Below the pieces are notes generated by a model that was given only the letters and a program-made list of their open reading frames with translations, ran no database searches and was not told the origin of the DNA. Of a stretch of DNA of 64,000 nucleotides, positions 13,139-26,521 are shown piece after piece. Position numbers and translations under genes: made by a program. The stretch is from Chiloscyllium plagiosum. Its lineage: Eukaryota. How positions within the stretch are numbered: position 1 is the stretch's first letter; every line of letters starts with the position of its first letter. The stretch spans positions 13,175,277-13,239,276 of the forward strand of contig NC_057719.1 in assembly GCF_004010195.1 (NCBI RefSeq). Direction: 5' to 3'.

Positions 13139-13794
13139 CCAGGAAAGACCTAAAGAGAGAGCTCAGAAGAGCCAGGAGGAGACATGAGAAGTTGTTGGCG
13201 ATAGGATCAGGGAAAACCCTAAGACTTTCTATCGGTATTTAAGGAATAAAAGAATGACAAGAGAAGATTAGGGCCAATCAAGGATAGTAGTGGGAAGATG
13301 TGTGTGGAGTCAGAGGAGATGGGGAAGCACCAAATGAATATTTTTCAACTCTATTCTGTCTAGAAAATGACAATGTTGTGGAGGATAATACTGAGATACA
13401 GGCTACTAGACTGGGTGGGATTGAGGTTCACAAGGAAGAGGTATTAGAAATCCTGCAGAGTGTGAAAATAGATAAGTCCCCTGGGCCGGATGGGATTTAT
13501 CGTAGGATCCTCTGGGTAGCCAGGGTGGAGATTGCCGAGCCTTTGGCATTGATCTTTAAATCATCATTGTCTACAGGAATAGTGCCAGAAGACTGGAGCA
13601 TAGCAAATGTGGTTCCCCTGTTCAAGAAGGGGAGTACAGACAGTCCTGGTAATTATAGACCAGTGAGCTTTACTTCAGTTGTTGGTAAAGTGTTGGAAAA
13701 GGTTATAAGAGATAGGATTTATAATCATCTAGAAAAGAATAATTTGATTAGGGATAGTCAGCACGGTTTTGTGAAGGGTAGATCGTGCCTCACA

Positions 13795-13926
13795 AAAGGT
13801 TTGGAGGGATATGGGCAGGATGCTGGCAGGTGGGACTAGATTGGGTTGGGAAATCTGGTCGGCATGGACAGGTTGGACCGCAGGGTCTGTTTCCATGCTG
13901 TACTTCCCTATAACTCTATGACTCTA
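13795..13926 (+). mobile_element. CR1 3' UTR fragment inserted in the RT of the host CR1
   Basis: Interrupts GRSCLT/NLIEFFE; matches the 3' end at about 9403-9530. Confidence 0.85.
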
Positions 13927-15728
13927 AACCTTATTGAGTTCTTTGAGAAGGTGACCAAACAGGTAGATGAGAGTAAACCGGTTGGTGTGGTGTATATGGA
14001 TTTCAGCAAGGCGTTCAATAAGGTTCCCCACAGTAGGCTATTGTACAAAATGCGGAGGAATGGGATTGTGGGAGATATAGCAGTTTGGATCAGTAATTGG
14101 CTTGCTGAAAGAAGACAGAGGGTGGTGGTTGATGGGAAATGTTCATCCTGGAGTCCAGTTACCAGTGGTGTACCGCAAGGGTCGGTGTTGGGTCCACTGC
14201 TGTTCGTCATTTTTATAAACGACCTGGATGAGGGTGTAGATGGGTGGGTTAGTAAATTTACAGACGACACTGAGGTCGGTGGAGTTGTGGATAGTGACAA
14301 AGGATGTTGTAGGTTACAAAGAGACATAGATAAGCTGCAGAGCTGGGCTGAGAGGTGGCAAATGGAGTTTAATGCAGACAAGTGTGAGGTGATTCACTTT
14401 GGCCGGAGTAGCCGGAATGCAAAGTACTGGGCTAATGGTAAGATTCCTGGTAGTGTAGATGAGCAGAGAGATCTCGGTGTCCAGGTACACAGATCCTTGA
14501 AAGTTGCCACCAGGTTGACAGGGTTGTTAAGAAGGCATACAGTGTTTTAGCTTTTATTAATAGAGGGATCGAGGAGAGAAGAAGGTTGAGAGGTGACTTA
14601 ATAGAGACATATAAGATAATCAGAGGGTTAGATAGGGTGGACAGGGAGAGCCTTTTTCCAAGTATGATGACGGTGAGCATGAGGGGACATAGCTTTAAAT
14701 TGAGGGGTGATAGGTATAGGACAGATGTCAGAGGTAGTTTCTTTACTCAGAGAGTAGTAAGGGTATAGAATGCTTTGCCTGCAACAATAGTAGATTCGCC
14801 AACTTTAAGTACATTTAAGTCGTCTTTGCACAAGTATATGGACGTACATGGAATAGTGTGGGTTAGATGGGCTTCAGATTGGTATGATAGGTTGGCGCAA
14901 CATCGAGGGCCGAAGGGCCTGTACTGCACTGTAATATTCTATGTTCCAAAACTGGAGCACCCAGAGGAAACCCACACAGACACAGGGAGAATGTGCCAAC
15001 TCCACACAGACAGTTGCCCGAGGGTGGAATCAAACCCAGGTCCCTGGCGATGTTAGGCATCAGTGCTAACCAGTGTACCACCATGCCACCCTTAACAGAA
15101 ACCAGGAAGCTTGTTCAGGTCTCATTAATATCAAAGCTGACAGGGTCATTCCCAGGTGGATGACACCCTGCATTGCCTCAGGTTAGCTGCTGACTTTGGG
15201 ATGATATCACAGCTTCTTATTGTTGGTGTTGAGTAAAGTCACATTGTTCCAAAGGACTAATAGTAAAGTAAAATCAAACCTGATGTACTGGACACATGTT
15301 GTTGGAAGGATTTATTCTGTATAAATTCCCAACCCATGGTCTACATCAGATGAGATTCAATGATGACTGCCTGTTCACTGAGTGATGTTTGAGAAATATA
15401 AAAATGAATGCCTCTAATTTCCAGATAGGTTCCGTCTGTGTTAACATTTGCTCTCTTTGTTTTTTGTTGTGGATCCAGGTTACCAAATGTAAGAAGTGAA
15501 ATGAGTTTGATGAGTGTCAGCCTTGTTCTTGGTTCAAAGTTCTGCAACGCCTCATCAACATGTCCTCGGGGTTTAAAGCAATGTTCCTTTGCTCAAGATC
15601 ACCCAGTCTCTGAGAAGCACCCACCCTGGCAAGAGATACTGTAACTGGGGCACTCCCAACAACCACCGCAGTGGCCTGGCTACAGAATCCCTTCTTAATT
15701 GGGAGAGACTGTGGTGCCATTTCTCATC

Positions 15729-16359
15729 TGTGACAAGGCTTTAAGAGGTGCATTTTGCCCATTATAATGAAGAAAGGTTGAGACAGAGGTGGCCGAGCAG
15801 TCTGCTCCAAAGGCAATAAAGTAAACAACTTGTTAGTCCTTGGGGTTTTTTTAAAAGTTGGAAGAATAGAAACAGCCTGAATGGGTGGGGTCAAGCTCCC
15901 ACAGCATCAGGATTTCCCGTTCTAGTTTTCAATAGGAGTTGCTGCTGGGGTCTGGAAGCTGGATGTGGAAGCTGTTTGCCCTCTCTCTGTTACAGCTAAA
16001 AGCCGGAACTTCTCTTCCTGCTGCGAGAATTGCATTTCAGACAATCTAATTTACTGAATTTGCCTTTGCCAAGGGTGTGTTTATGTGATATTATTATACT
16101 GGAACAATTACTGTTTAATAGATAAGTAATCTATTACTCAGTTAAGTTTTTCAATGGAGTTAAGTTATTCCAATTCTTTCTTTTCTTGTGTTTTAGCTAT
16201 AGTGTACGAATAAAATGTGTTTTGCTTCAAGACTGGTAGTTTGACCAATTGAATTGCATCTGGAACACAGCGCCTGGCACTTGCCTTTAAAATAAGAAAA
16301 TTTTAGGGTCTAGGATATCTTCTCATGTATCTTCAGAGGATTTGGTCTGGTCCATAGCA
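15729..16359 (+). mobile_element. Solo LTR
   Basis: TG...CA termini (tgtgaca...ggtccatagca), AATAAA near 16209, 4-bp flanks catc/catt; related to 60083-60620. Confidence 0.7.
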
Positions 16360-16364
16360 CATTG

Positions 16365-17045
16365 ATCTGCTGTTTGTGTGACTGGAGACCATGCTAGGTT
16401 CCACATTGTTTGTGATATATATAAATGATGTAGATGCAATTGGGGGGGGGCGAGTGGGGGACGATGGTGACATGAAGATTGGCTGTGTGGCTGACAGTGA
16501 GGGAGAAGGTCTTAGGTTACAGGAGGATATAGACCAAGTGGTGAGATGGGCAGATCAGTGACAGATGGAATTGAACTTTGACAAAGCGTGAGATGATGCA
16601 CGTTGGAAGAAGTAACAAGACAAGGGCGTACTCGATGACTGCAGGAGACAATGAAACTTAGGGGTACATAGAGATCTTGGGTACTTGTCTTTAGATCCCT
16701 GAAGCCAGTAGTACAGGCTAGTTAAGAAGGCATCCTTGCCTTTATGATGTGTGCCAAAGAGTATAAAACCAGGGAAATTAACTTGGAGTTGTACAAAACT
16801 TTGAAGAAGTGCAATATCCTGGAAAATGGGAAAAAGTGAGGACTGCAGATGCTGGAGATCAGAGTTGAGAGTGTGGTGCTGGAAAAACACAGCAGGTCAG
16901 GCAGCATTGGAGAAGCAGGAGAATTGATGTTTCAGGGATAAGCCCTTCATCAGGAGAGTGGACTAGTGTTGATTTAGGGATTAGTTTGGACTTCTCAGTG
17001 CAGACTCAATGGGATGAAGTGCCTCTTAATACTGTATGATTCTAA
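16365..17045 (+). mobile_element. Degraded CR1 RT/3' fragments with a minus-strand PLE pLTR at about 16830-16955
   Basis: INDVD and WQMEL-like relics; pLTR gaaaaagtgaggactgcagatgctgg...gcccttcatcagg with a decayed HHR. Confidence 0.7.
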
Positions 17046-18331
17046 GCCCACTGCAGTTTCCAGACTGATTGGCTATGAGTTGCCCCAGAAGGAGAATCGA
17101 GTTAAACTTTTGAATAATGCATAAAGTATCACTGTTTCTTAACTGGTTCTTCCTCTTAGGTTCCTGCCCAGCCCCATTCTCGGTCTAATAGCAATCCCAT
17201 CCTCTGGCCGATAACTAGCCCTTGTGGCGTAACTCATATTGAGTGACTGTAATAAACAGTGTGATGTTGGGTGGCCTCGGGACCTCATTGAACTTAGCAA
17301 TGGAGTTCAGGACCTTGGAGAGAAGATCCTACTTGAGATGGACAAGCTCGAAGACGATCATCCTGGTTGTTGAATTGAACTTGAAATCTAGGTCCAAGAG
17401 CATGAGAGGCCAGCATGGTAACTCCCCAAAGCAGCTGCCATTTACCACTCAGCCTGTTGTGTAGTTTATTTATAAAAACTTATTTTCTTCTGGATGAAAG
17501 TGAATAACAACTTATTGATGACCTATGCCTCGAACAAACAATTTTTGATTTCTCCAGCATTTTCTCTGATGTTTTATCCTGCTGTCTCCCTCTTTGCAAA
17601 CTAAAAAGAAATAGGGTTCAAGCTTTCCATTGTCAATTTTGCTGGCAATAATCTGACAAGTCTTTTCGTCGAACGCTGTCAGAGGCATTTCTGATCAGTC
17701 GGAGTATTGTAGCGAAATGCTGCCAAGTTAATCTTGCAAGGCTTAATGGAAAGACTTGGGTGAGATGTTGTACTGCAGGAGTCACCTCAACTGAAGTTAC
17801 CTTCAGTGAATCTGAATCACTGTTACCTGCTGAGTATCAGAGTCAGACAGTCATTCCAACACAATAAGCAATTTCCATTTAAATCCATAAGGATTTGGCC
17901 CCATATATATCATATTCCCAATGTATAAACATTGACAAATTCCAGCACACATAGAGTGAAAAAGCACTAAATATTGAATTATTTTATTTCTGTATTCAAG
18001 CCAACTTTAATTTGACAAACTGGTCTGTTTCTGCTGTCTTGTCAGTCAATCCATTAGGGAGGCTAATTGGTGCACAAGTGAAAGAACAGAAAACAAGATG
18101 AAGGACATGTTATGCAAATAAACAGCCCACAAATATATTTCTTGCATCACCTTGTATTTGTCTATAAATGAGCAGCATTTGAGGGTACTCAGCTGCAGTC
18201 AATGTGGCCATGTGATCTCCTGATGGTACCAAGGCCACCCTGCTACGCTGTGTGACTAAAACTCATTATGTAATGGCAGTCATGTGACAAAAGGTGGCAA
18301 CAATGATCCTCACTGAAAGGTTACATGAAAA

Positions 18332-19594
18332 AGTTTGTGAGAAGATTTGTAGCTCGGGTGCTCGTTGTTGTGGTTCTGTTCGCCGAGCTGGGAGTTTGTG
18401 TTGCAGATGTTTTGTCCCCTGTCTAGGTGACATCCTCAGTGCTTGGGAGTCTCCTGTGAAGCGCTTCTGTGATCTTTCCTCCGGCATTTGTAGTGGTTTG
18501 AATCTGCCGCTTCCGGTTGTCAGTTCCAGCTGTCCGCTGCAGTGGTCAGTATATTGGGTCCAGGTCGATGTGCTTATTGATTGAATCTGTGGATGAGTGC
18601 CATGCCTCTAGGAATTCCCTGGCTGTTCTCTGTTTGGCTTGTCCTATAATAGTAGTATTGTCCCAGTCGAACTCATGTTGCTTGTCATCTGCGTGTGTGG
18701 CTACTAAGGATAGCTGGTCGTGTCGTTTCGTGGCTAGTTGGTGTTCATGGATCCGGATCGTTAGCTGTCTTCCTGTTTGTCCTATGTAGTGTTTTGTGCA
18801 GTCCTTGCATGGGATTTTGTACACTACATTGGTTTTGCTCATGCTGAGTATCAGGTCCTTCGTTCTGGTGAGTTGTTGTCTGAGAGTGGCTGTTGGTTTG
18901 TGTGCTGTTATGAGTCCTAGTGGTCGCAGTAGTCTGGCTGTCAGTTCGGAAATGCTCTTGATGTATGGTAGTGTGGCTAGTCCTTTGGGTTGCGGCATGT
19001 CCTCGTTCCGTTGTCTTTCTCTTAGGCATCTGTTGATGAAATTAGACTCATAACAGCACACAAACCAACAGCCACTCTCAGACAACAACTCACCAGAACG
19101 AAGGACCCGATACCCAGCATGAGCAAAACCAATGTAGTGTACAAAATCCCATGCAAGGACTGCACAAAACACTACATAGGACAAACAGGAAGATAGCTAA
19201 AGATCCGCATCCATGAACACCAATTAGCCACAAAATGACACGACCAGCTATCCTTAGTAGCCACACACGCAGACGACAAGCAACATGAATTTGACTGGGA
19301 CAACACTACTATTATAGGACAAGCCAAACAGAGAACAGCCAGGGAATTCCTAGAGGCATGGCACCCATCCACAGATTCAATAAATAAGCAAATCGACCTG
19401 GACCCAATATATCGGCCACTGCAACAGACAACTGGAACTGACAACCGGAAGCGGCAGATTCGAACCACTATAAATGCCGGAGGAAAGATCACAGAAGCGC
19501 TTCGCAGGAGGCTCCCAAGCACTGAGGATGTCACCTAGACAGGGGACGAAACATCTGCAACACCAACTCCCAGCTCGGCGAACACAACTGCAAC
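18332..19594. mobile_element. Tail-out foldback Penelope-like element (family A) with GIY-YIG arms
   Basis: Minus arm encodes LPYIKSISE...VVYKIPCKDCTKHYIGQTGR; plus arm 19042-19594 is its inverted copy; 14-bp TSD aggttacatgaaaa (18318-18331, 19595-19608). Confidence 0.95.
19519..19558 (+). ncRNA. Minimal type I hammerhead ribozyme motif (family A), stem III CpG-decayed
   Basis: GCA-CUGAGGA-u-GUCaCCU-AGAC-AGGgGAC-GAAA-CA-UC-UGC. Confidence 0.7.
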
Positions 19595-19724
19595 AGGTTA
19601 CATGAAAAGATATCACAGGCATTCTATAACCATGGGCTCTTATGTGCATCTTACCCCATGCCCACTATTATTGTTATTGCTATGTGCATTGCAACGTGTT
19701 GGCGAGTAGCGAGTTTTATCAGTA

Positions 19725-21365
19725 GAGGACTGGCAGCTAAATATTCCAGGATACAAATGCTATAGGAATGATAGAAAGGGAGGCAAGAGCAGAGGGGGAG
19801 TGGCGTTTCTGATAAAGGATAGCATTACAGCTGTACTGAGGGAGGATATCCCTGGAAATGCATCAAAGGAAATTATTTGGGTGGAACTGAGAAATAAGAA
19901 AGGGATGATCACCTTATTGGGATTGTATTATAGACCCCCTAATAGTCAGAGAGAAATTGAGAATCAAATTTGTAAGGAGATTTCAGTTATCTGTAAGAAT
20001 AATAGGGTGGTATGGTAGGGGATTTTGACTTTGCAAACATAGACTGGGAGTACCATAGTGTTAAGAGTTTAGATGGAGAGGAATTTGTTTAAGAGTGTAC
20101 AAAACTTGATTGAGTCTTTTGAAGAAGTAACAAAGAGGATTGATGAGGGCAGAACGATTGACATGATCTATATAGACTTCAGTAAGACATTCGACAAGGT
20201 TCCCCATGGGAGACTGGTGAGCAAGGTTAGATTTTATGAAATACAGGGGGATTTGGATTTCATAGCCATTTGGATACAGAACTGGCTCAAAGGTAGAAGA
20301 CAGAGGGTGGTGGTTGAGGGTTGTTTTTCAGACTGGAGGCCGGTGACGAGTGGAGTGCCACAAGGATCGGTGCTGGGTCCACTACTTTTCACCATTTATA
20401 TAAATGATTTGGATGTGAGCATAAGAGGTATAGTTAGTAAGTTTGCAGATGACATCAAAATTGGAGGTGCAGTGGACAGCAAAGAAGATTATCCTCCCTC
20501 AGGTTACAACAGGATCTGGACCAGATGGGCCAATGGGCTGAGGAGCGGCAGATGGAGTTTAATTCAGTTAAATGTGAGGTGCTGCATTTTGGGAAAGCAA
20601 ATCTTAGCAGGACTTATACACTTAATGGTAAGACCCTAGGGAGTGTTGCTGAACAAAGAGACCTTGGAGTGCAGATTCATAGCTCCTTGAAAGTGGAGTC
20701 GCAGATAGATAGGATAGTGAACGCGGCATTTTGTATGCTTTCCTTTATTGGTCAGTGTTTTGAGTACAGGATTTGGGAGGTCATGTTGTGGCTGTACAGG
20801 ACATTGGTTAGGCCACTGTTGGAATATTGCGTGAATTCTGGTCTCCTTCTTATCGGAAAGGTGTTGCGAAACTTGAAAGTGTTCAGAAAAGATTTACAAG
20901 GATGTTGCCACGATTGGAGGATCTGAGCTATAGGGAGAGGCTGAACAGGCCGGGGCTGTTTTCCCTGGAGTGTCGGAGGCTGAGGGGTGACCTTATAGAG
21001 ATTTATAAAATCATAAGGGTCATGGATAGGATAAACAGACAAGATCTGTTGCCTGGAGTAGGGGAGTCCAGAAGTAGAGGGCATAGATTTATGGTGAGAG
21101 GGGAGAGATCCAAAAGGGACCTAAGGGACAACCTTTTCAAGTAGACGGTGGTGAGTGTATGGACTGAGCTGCCAGAGGAAGTGGCGGAGGCTGGTACAAT
21201 TGTAACAGTTAAAAAGCATCTGAATGAGTATATGAATAGGAAGGGTTTAGAGGGATATGGGCCAAGTGCTGGCAAATGGGACTAGATTAGGTTGGGATAT
21301 CTGGTCAGCATGGATGGGTTGGACCAAAGGGTCTGTTTCTGTGCTGTACATCTCTGTGACTCTAT
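19725..21365 (+). mobile_element. CR1 LINE ORF2 relic with a large internal deletion at about 20102
   Basis: APE GLYYRPP joined to [10 protein letters not shown]...[10 protein letters not shown]...KFADD and the 3' UTR. Confidence 0.95.
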
Positions 21366-21524
21366 CTGCGGGCTAGGTTGATCAACAATATGAAATGCAG
21401 AGATAGGGTGGGCTGCTCTTTAGAGCATTGGTATGGCTCACTTCCACAATATTGGGATTGCTTCCACAATATTCTATGATCAGCTTCTGTGGGAATATTG
21501 ATCACATTATCCTAGCTGCTATCA

Positions 21525-21645
21525 GTTCTGATGAAGAACCACCAGACTCAAAATGCTAACTTTGCTTTCTCGCCGCAGATGCTGCTAGACCTGCTGAGTT
21601 TCGCCAGCAATTTCTGTTTTGTTTCAGATCTCCAGCACCTCATTT
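21525..21645 (+). mobile_element. PLE pLTR fragment (family C-like) with decayed HHR
   Basis: ttctgatgaag...cagatgctgctagacctgctgagtttcgccagcaatttctg. Confidence 0.65.
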
Positions 21646-22129
21646 TATTTGGATCTCAGGTAGTTTTTCAATCAGCCTTGCACATGGTTTTCCCTCAGAT
21701 AATGTCAGGCCATATCAGATAATTTGTGATGATTTGATTTTAGCAGATCGAAGTAGAGCTGTGCCTGAACCAATTGTAGCCAATCAATCAGTCTGGTTCC
21801 TACCACAATAGAGTAAGAATGAGCTCCCTCTTTAAAATTACTAGGGCTTTGGTTCCACCATCATGAATCCATGTTTTGTCAATGGTCCTATAGAGCAAGC
21901 AATTGTTTTAAAATTTGATTTGATTTATTTATTGCCACATGCATTTTATTACAAAATACAGTGAAAAGTGTTGTGTGGCGCCGTCATTGCCTGGTGCTAC
22001 CTGAAAACACAAAAATAAACTGAAACATAGAATATAAAGGCAGAAGAATAAAGAAAAAAAATCCTATCTTCTATTGAAAGGTGTAAATGATCCTCTTGGT
22101 CAAACCTGAGTAGATATACACTAAATGAT

Positions 22130-22405
22130 GTTAAGGAGGGATTTCCAGGATTTTGACCCAGCGACAGTTAAGGAATGGTGATAAGTTTTGAATTCAGGGT
22201 GGTGAGAGGCTGGCAGGTGGTGGTTTTCCCATGAATTTGCTGTCCTTGTTCTTCGAGATGGTACTGGTTTGGAAGGTGCTGGCTAAGGAGCCGTGGTGAA
22301 TGTTTGCAGCACATCTTGCGTATGGTACTCCACCCGAAGCGCACCATCATCTTGTCATCAGTGATGGAGGGAGTGAATACTTTTGAGCATGGTTCCAATC
22401 GAATT
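22130..22405 (-). mobile_element. LINE 3' fragment, family of 37790-39460
   Basis: Reverse complement of about 39200-39460. Confidence 0.7.
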
Positions 22406-22407
22406 AG

Positions 22408-22697
22408 GTGGCACTGTGGCTCAGTGGTTAGCACTGCTGCCTGACAGACCTGGGTTTGACACCAGCCTCAGGATGTGGAGTTTCCTGTATCTGTGTGGGT
22501 TTCCTCCAGGTGCTCCAGTTTCCTCCCACAGTCCAAAGAATGTGCAGGTTAGGTGGATTGGCTGTGGTAAATTGCCCATAGTGCCCAGGGAAATGCAGGA
22601 TTACAGGGATGGCATGGGTCTGGTGGGATGCTCTTGACAGAGTCAGTGTGGGGGTGATGGGCCGAATAGCCTGCGTCCACACTGTAGAGGATTCTAT
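22408..22697 (+). mobile_element. HE1/V-type SINE
   Basis: A box tggctcagtgg, V-domain core gggtttcctccaggtgctccagtttcctcccacagtccaaa. Confidence 0.85.
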
Positions 22698-23075
22698 GAA
22701 TGGGCTGCTTTGCCCTGGCCGATGTCAAGCTTCTTGAATATAACACTGTTAGTCCAGTGCAATGTTTGACCCTTTTCAAAACGAAAGTGTCAGTGACTGT
22801 GAAAACAATAATGAAAGGAGATCTATGCACAGTGAATGGAAAGGGTGCTATCCTGTCTGTATAGTTTGGATGAAGTGGAGAATTCTATTTTCTGTTAGTA
22901 TCACCGTATTCCTAATCTTTGGAAGGAACTGCTCCCTCAGTGGAACATTTTCATTATCCACATGAGCTATGCTGCCTGAGAGTACAAAATATGCCCAACC
23001 ATTACATTCAATGGAACCATAGCTGTTATCCCACCCAGAATAATAATAGATTGGAAAATCTCAGCTTGGGGCTGG

Positions 23076-23759
23076 TGATATGACAAACCTTTGCACTCCT
23101 GTATTAAGAAGGTGAATTGGTTCGCCATCCAACCCCTCTCTGTTGGTCTTAAGAAGGTTAATTTCAAAAAGGATTCCTTCCCTCAGCAATACCTTTTGCC
23201 CCCAAATGAAATAAACTTATGTCTTCAAAGGAAACACTTTAACTAACCTTTCTTGAATTAAGTAAAAAAAGAGAGTTTATTAATTATTAAACGTGAGAGA
23301 AAGTAACAACAACACACACAAAAATTGGAAATAAGAGGTGAGTCTATCAAGATAATAGTTAAACAAAACTCTACAGATCGCCGACCCTACCCCAGATTAT
23401 GAAGAGTAGATATTTGAACGTTGTGGCCATTGCAGTAGAGGTAACTGTATGTGGATGTAGGTCACTGATCAGTTTTGGATTGCTGGCTTTGGGGTTGATT
23501 GAGACTTTTGCCCTGATTTCTCTCAGTGTGTAGCAGTCAGTGACAGAGTCTTTTACCTCTTTTCACTTCCAGAGTAAGGGAATTTCAATGGCTTCTCTCA
23601 GAGCTGCCACCCTCAGAGCACACATTAGTCCACACACAAGTTGCTAACGCACAAAATGAGTGTTGCAGTCAGCTTGTAATCCCTTGTTCATATATCCTCA
23701 GAAGATCAAAACCTGAAAATAGTGTAAGAGGTAGCTAAAGTTCCATTCTGATCATGACA
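23076..23759 (-). mobile_element. Possible solo LTR
   Basis: tgatatga...tcatgaca imperfect inverted termini and a minus-strand AATAAA; no TSD found. Confidence 0.35.
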
Positions 23760-23793
23760 CCATGCTGAGCACTTGAACTGGATGAAGAACACA

Positions 23794-24108
23794 GTGGCAC
23801 GGTGGCACAGTGGTTAGCACTGCTGCCTCACAGCACCAGAGACCCGGGTTCAATTCCTGCCTCAGGCGACTGACTGTGTGGAGTTTGCACGTTCTCCCCG
23901 TGTCTGCGTGGGTTTCCTCCGGGTGCTCCGGTTTCCTCCCACAGTCCAAAGACGTGCAGATTAGGTGAATTGGCCATGCTAAATTGTCCATAGTGTTAGG
24001 TAAGGGGTAAATGTAGGGGTGTGGGTGGGTTACGCTTCGGCGGGTCGGTGTGGACTTGTTGGGCCGAAGGGCCTGTTTCCACGCTGTAATGTAATCTAAT
24101 CTAATCTA
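23794..24108 (+). mobile_element. HE1/V-type SINE, young full-length copy
   Basis: A box 23803-23813, B box ggttcaattcc 23847-23857, V-domain, CR1-like 3' end, (taatc)n tail. Confidence 0.95.
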
Positions 24109-24429
24109 AAAGAATAATGCAGCTCTTCCAAACCACTGGAGTGGGGAATCTCGAATCCCACTGTACTGTTCCTGTTTAATTCATTACCTATTAACATGGT
24201 GCTCTGTCCATATTATATCCAACAGGAAATGCATTGGGATAATTTTCACTTCAATCCTCGCTGTCAGCTGTTAGCAAATAAAAGTTCTGAAAGTCCTCAA
24301 GGTGGGAATTCATTTTTCTCTCTCTATCCATTGGGAAGTTGACATTACTGATGTTATTTCCAACTCTCCCTGACTGCCCTTGAACTGAGTGGCTTGATAA
24401 GGCCATTTCACAGGACAATTAAATAGTTA

Positions 24430-25392
24430 TGTAGAATATCAAACATTATAAAGCAGTACAGGCCCTTCTGCCCTCAACGTTGCGCTGACCTGTGAAACCA
24501 ACCTGAAGCCTACCTAACCTCCACTATTCCATTTTCATCCATATGTCTATCCAGTGATCATTTAAATGCCCTTAAAGTTGGTGAGTCTACTACTGTTGCA
24601 GGCAGGCCGTTCCACACCCCTACTATTCTCGGAGTGAAGAAACTACCTCTGACATCTGTCCTACATCTACCACCCCTCAATTTAAAACTATGTCCCCTCG
24701 TGCTAGCCATCACCATCCAAGAAAAAAGGCTTGCACTGTCCACCCTATCCAACCCTCGGATTATCCTATACATCTCAAGTAAGTCACCTCTCAACCTTCT
24801 TCTCTTGAATGAAAACAGCCTCAAGTCCCTCAACCTTTCCTCATAAGGCCTTCCCTCCATACTGGGCAACATCTAGTAAATCTCCTCTGAATGCTTTCTA
24901 AAGCTTCCACTTCCTTCCTATAATGCGATGACCAGAATTGTGGTGACATCAATACTCCAAGTGCGGCCGCACCAGAGTTTTGCACAGCTACAGCATGATC
25001 TCATGGCTCTGAAAATCAATCCCTCTACTAATAAAAGCTAACACACCATATGCCTTCTTTGCAACCCTATCTACCTGGGTGGCAACTTTCAGGGATCTAT
25101 GTACAGGGACGCTAAGATCTCCCTGCTCATCTACACTACTAAGAATTTTACCATTTGCCCAGTATTCATTATTCCTGTTACTCCTTCCAAAGTGAAACAC
25201 CTCACACTTGTCCGCATTATTCTCCATTTGCCACCTCTCAGCCCAGCTCTGCAGCTTATCCATGTCCCTCTGTAACCTACAACATCCTTCGTCACTATCC
25301 ACAACTCTACCAACCTTAATGTCAGCTGCAAATTTACTAACCCCTTTTACTACACCCTTATCCAGATCATTTAGAAAAATGACAAACAGCAG
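24430..25392 (-). mobile_element. CR1 LINE 3' part (subfamily of 11759-14946)
   Basis: KFAAD...LQRDMDKLQSWAERWQM...RRLRGDL. Confidence 0.93.
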
Positions 25393-25777
25393 TTATTCAT
25401 ATGAGGGGTCACATCTAAACCAGACCATGTAAAAAATCAGGTCTGCTTTTGGAATAATTAATAGTTGTCATGCTCACTATGTTATAAGGAGATTCATGTA
25501 AATCAAACTGATCACTTGACCCTGATGTCAATAAGAGAGAATGCATGCCAGTCTAGAATGAGTATGTGAAGATAGAGGTCTTAGATTTTGCACTGGAGAG
25601 CTGCATTGAATCAGATACCATGAAATGATGGAAATAAAGAGGTGAGACAGTACTTCAGGAGTGGAACAGCCTTCAGTAATGGTAAGGAAAAAGCAGTTTC
25701 AGGGATAATGCGGACACCCACAGCCCAAGATATGACTGGTTTCTCAGTGCAGCAGAATTGGACTGAAAGCGAAAGCC

Positions 25778-26104
25778 AAATCCCTACAGTGTGGGAGCTG
25801 GCTGTTTGGCCCATCGACTCCACACCGACCTCCGATGAGTACACTACTCAGACCCACCCTATCCCTGTAACCCCACCTTTCCCATGGCTAATCCACCTAA
25901 CCTACACATCTCTGGGCAATCTATCAGGGCCACTCCACCTAACCTGCACATCTTTGGACTGTGAGAGGAAACCGGAGCACCCAGAGGAAACCCACACAGA
26001 CGCAGGCAGAATATGCAAACTCCACACAAACAGTCAACTGAGGCTGGAATCAAACCTGGGTCCTTGATGCTATGAGGCAGCAGTGCTAACAATTGAGCCA
26101 CCAC
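25778..26104 (-). mobile_element. HE1/V-type SINE
   Basis: Reverse-complement V-domain and tRNA head. Confidence 0.88.
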
Positions 26105-26212
26105 AGCTTCCAGGTAGCTGTTTAGACAGCAGTATTTTTGATTGCATTTAAATTCCACCAGCTCTGATGGTTGGATTCAAACCTCAAGTGTCAAGCTGGG
26201 ACGCTATGAGAT

Positions 26213-26521
26213 GAGATTCCTTACAGTGTGGAAACAGGCCCTTCAGCCCAACCAGTCCACTCCGACCCTCCAAAGAGTAACCCACCCAGACCCATTTCCC
26301 TCTGACTAATGCACCTAACACTACAGGCAATTTAGCATGACAAATTCACCAGACCTGCACATCTTTGGACTGTGGGAGGAAACCGGAGCACCCAGAGGAA
26401 CCCCATACAGACACAGGGAGAATGTGCAAACTCCACACAGACAGTCGCCTGAGACTGGAATCGAACCTGGGACTCTGGTGCTGTGAGGCAGCAGTGCTAA
26501 CCACTGAGCCACCATGTCGCC
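26213..26521 (-). mobile_element. HE1/V-type SINE
   Basis: Reverse-complement full copy with B box ggttcgattcc. Confidence 0.92.

Larger units (their letters stand above)
11759..14946 (+). mobile_element. Long CR1 LINE relic (ORF1 SGNH esterase, ORF2 APE and RT) nested in an HE1 SINE
   Basis: ORF1 VIGDSIVRG / VHIGTND / [63 protein letters not shown]; frameshifts, an N gap and an internal deletion near 14572; minus-strand SINE halves at about 11700-11758 and 14947-15092. Confidence 0.95.

Noticed and set aside
15359..15385. C/D snoRNA (atgatga...ctga)
   Set aside because: Boxes only about 12 nt apart and no terminal stem.
15438..15644. Possible exon after a polypyrimidine tract and cag near 15478
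   Set aside because: Translation unrecognisable and no partner exons; cannot be supported without RNA-seq.
23794..23870. tRNA gene
   Set aside because: It is the tRNA-derived head of a SINE, continuous with the V-domain and tail.
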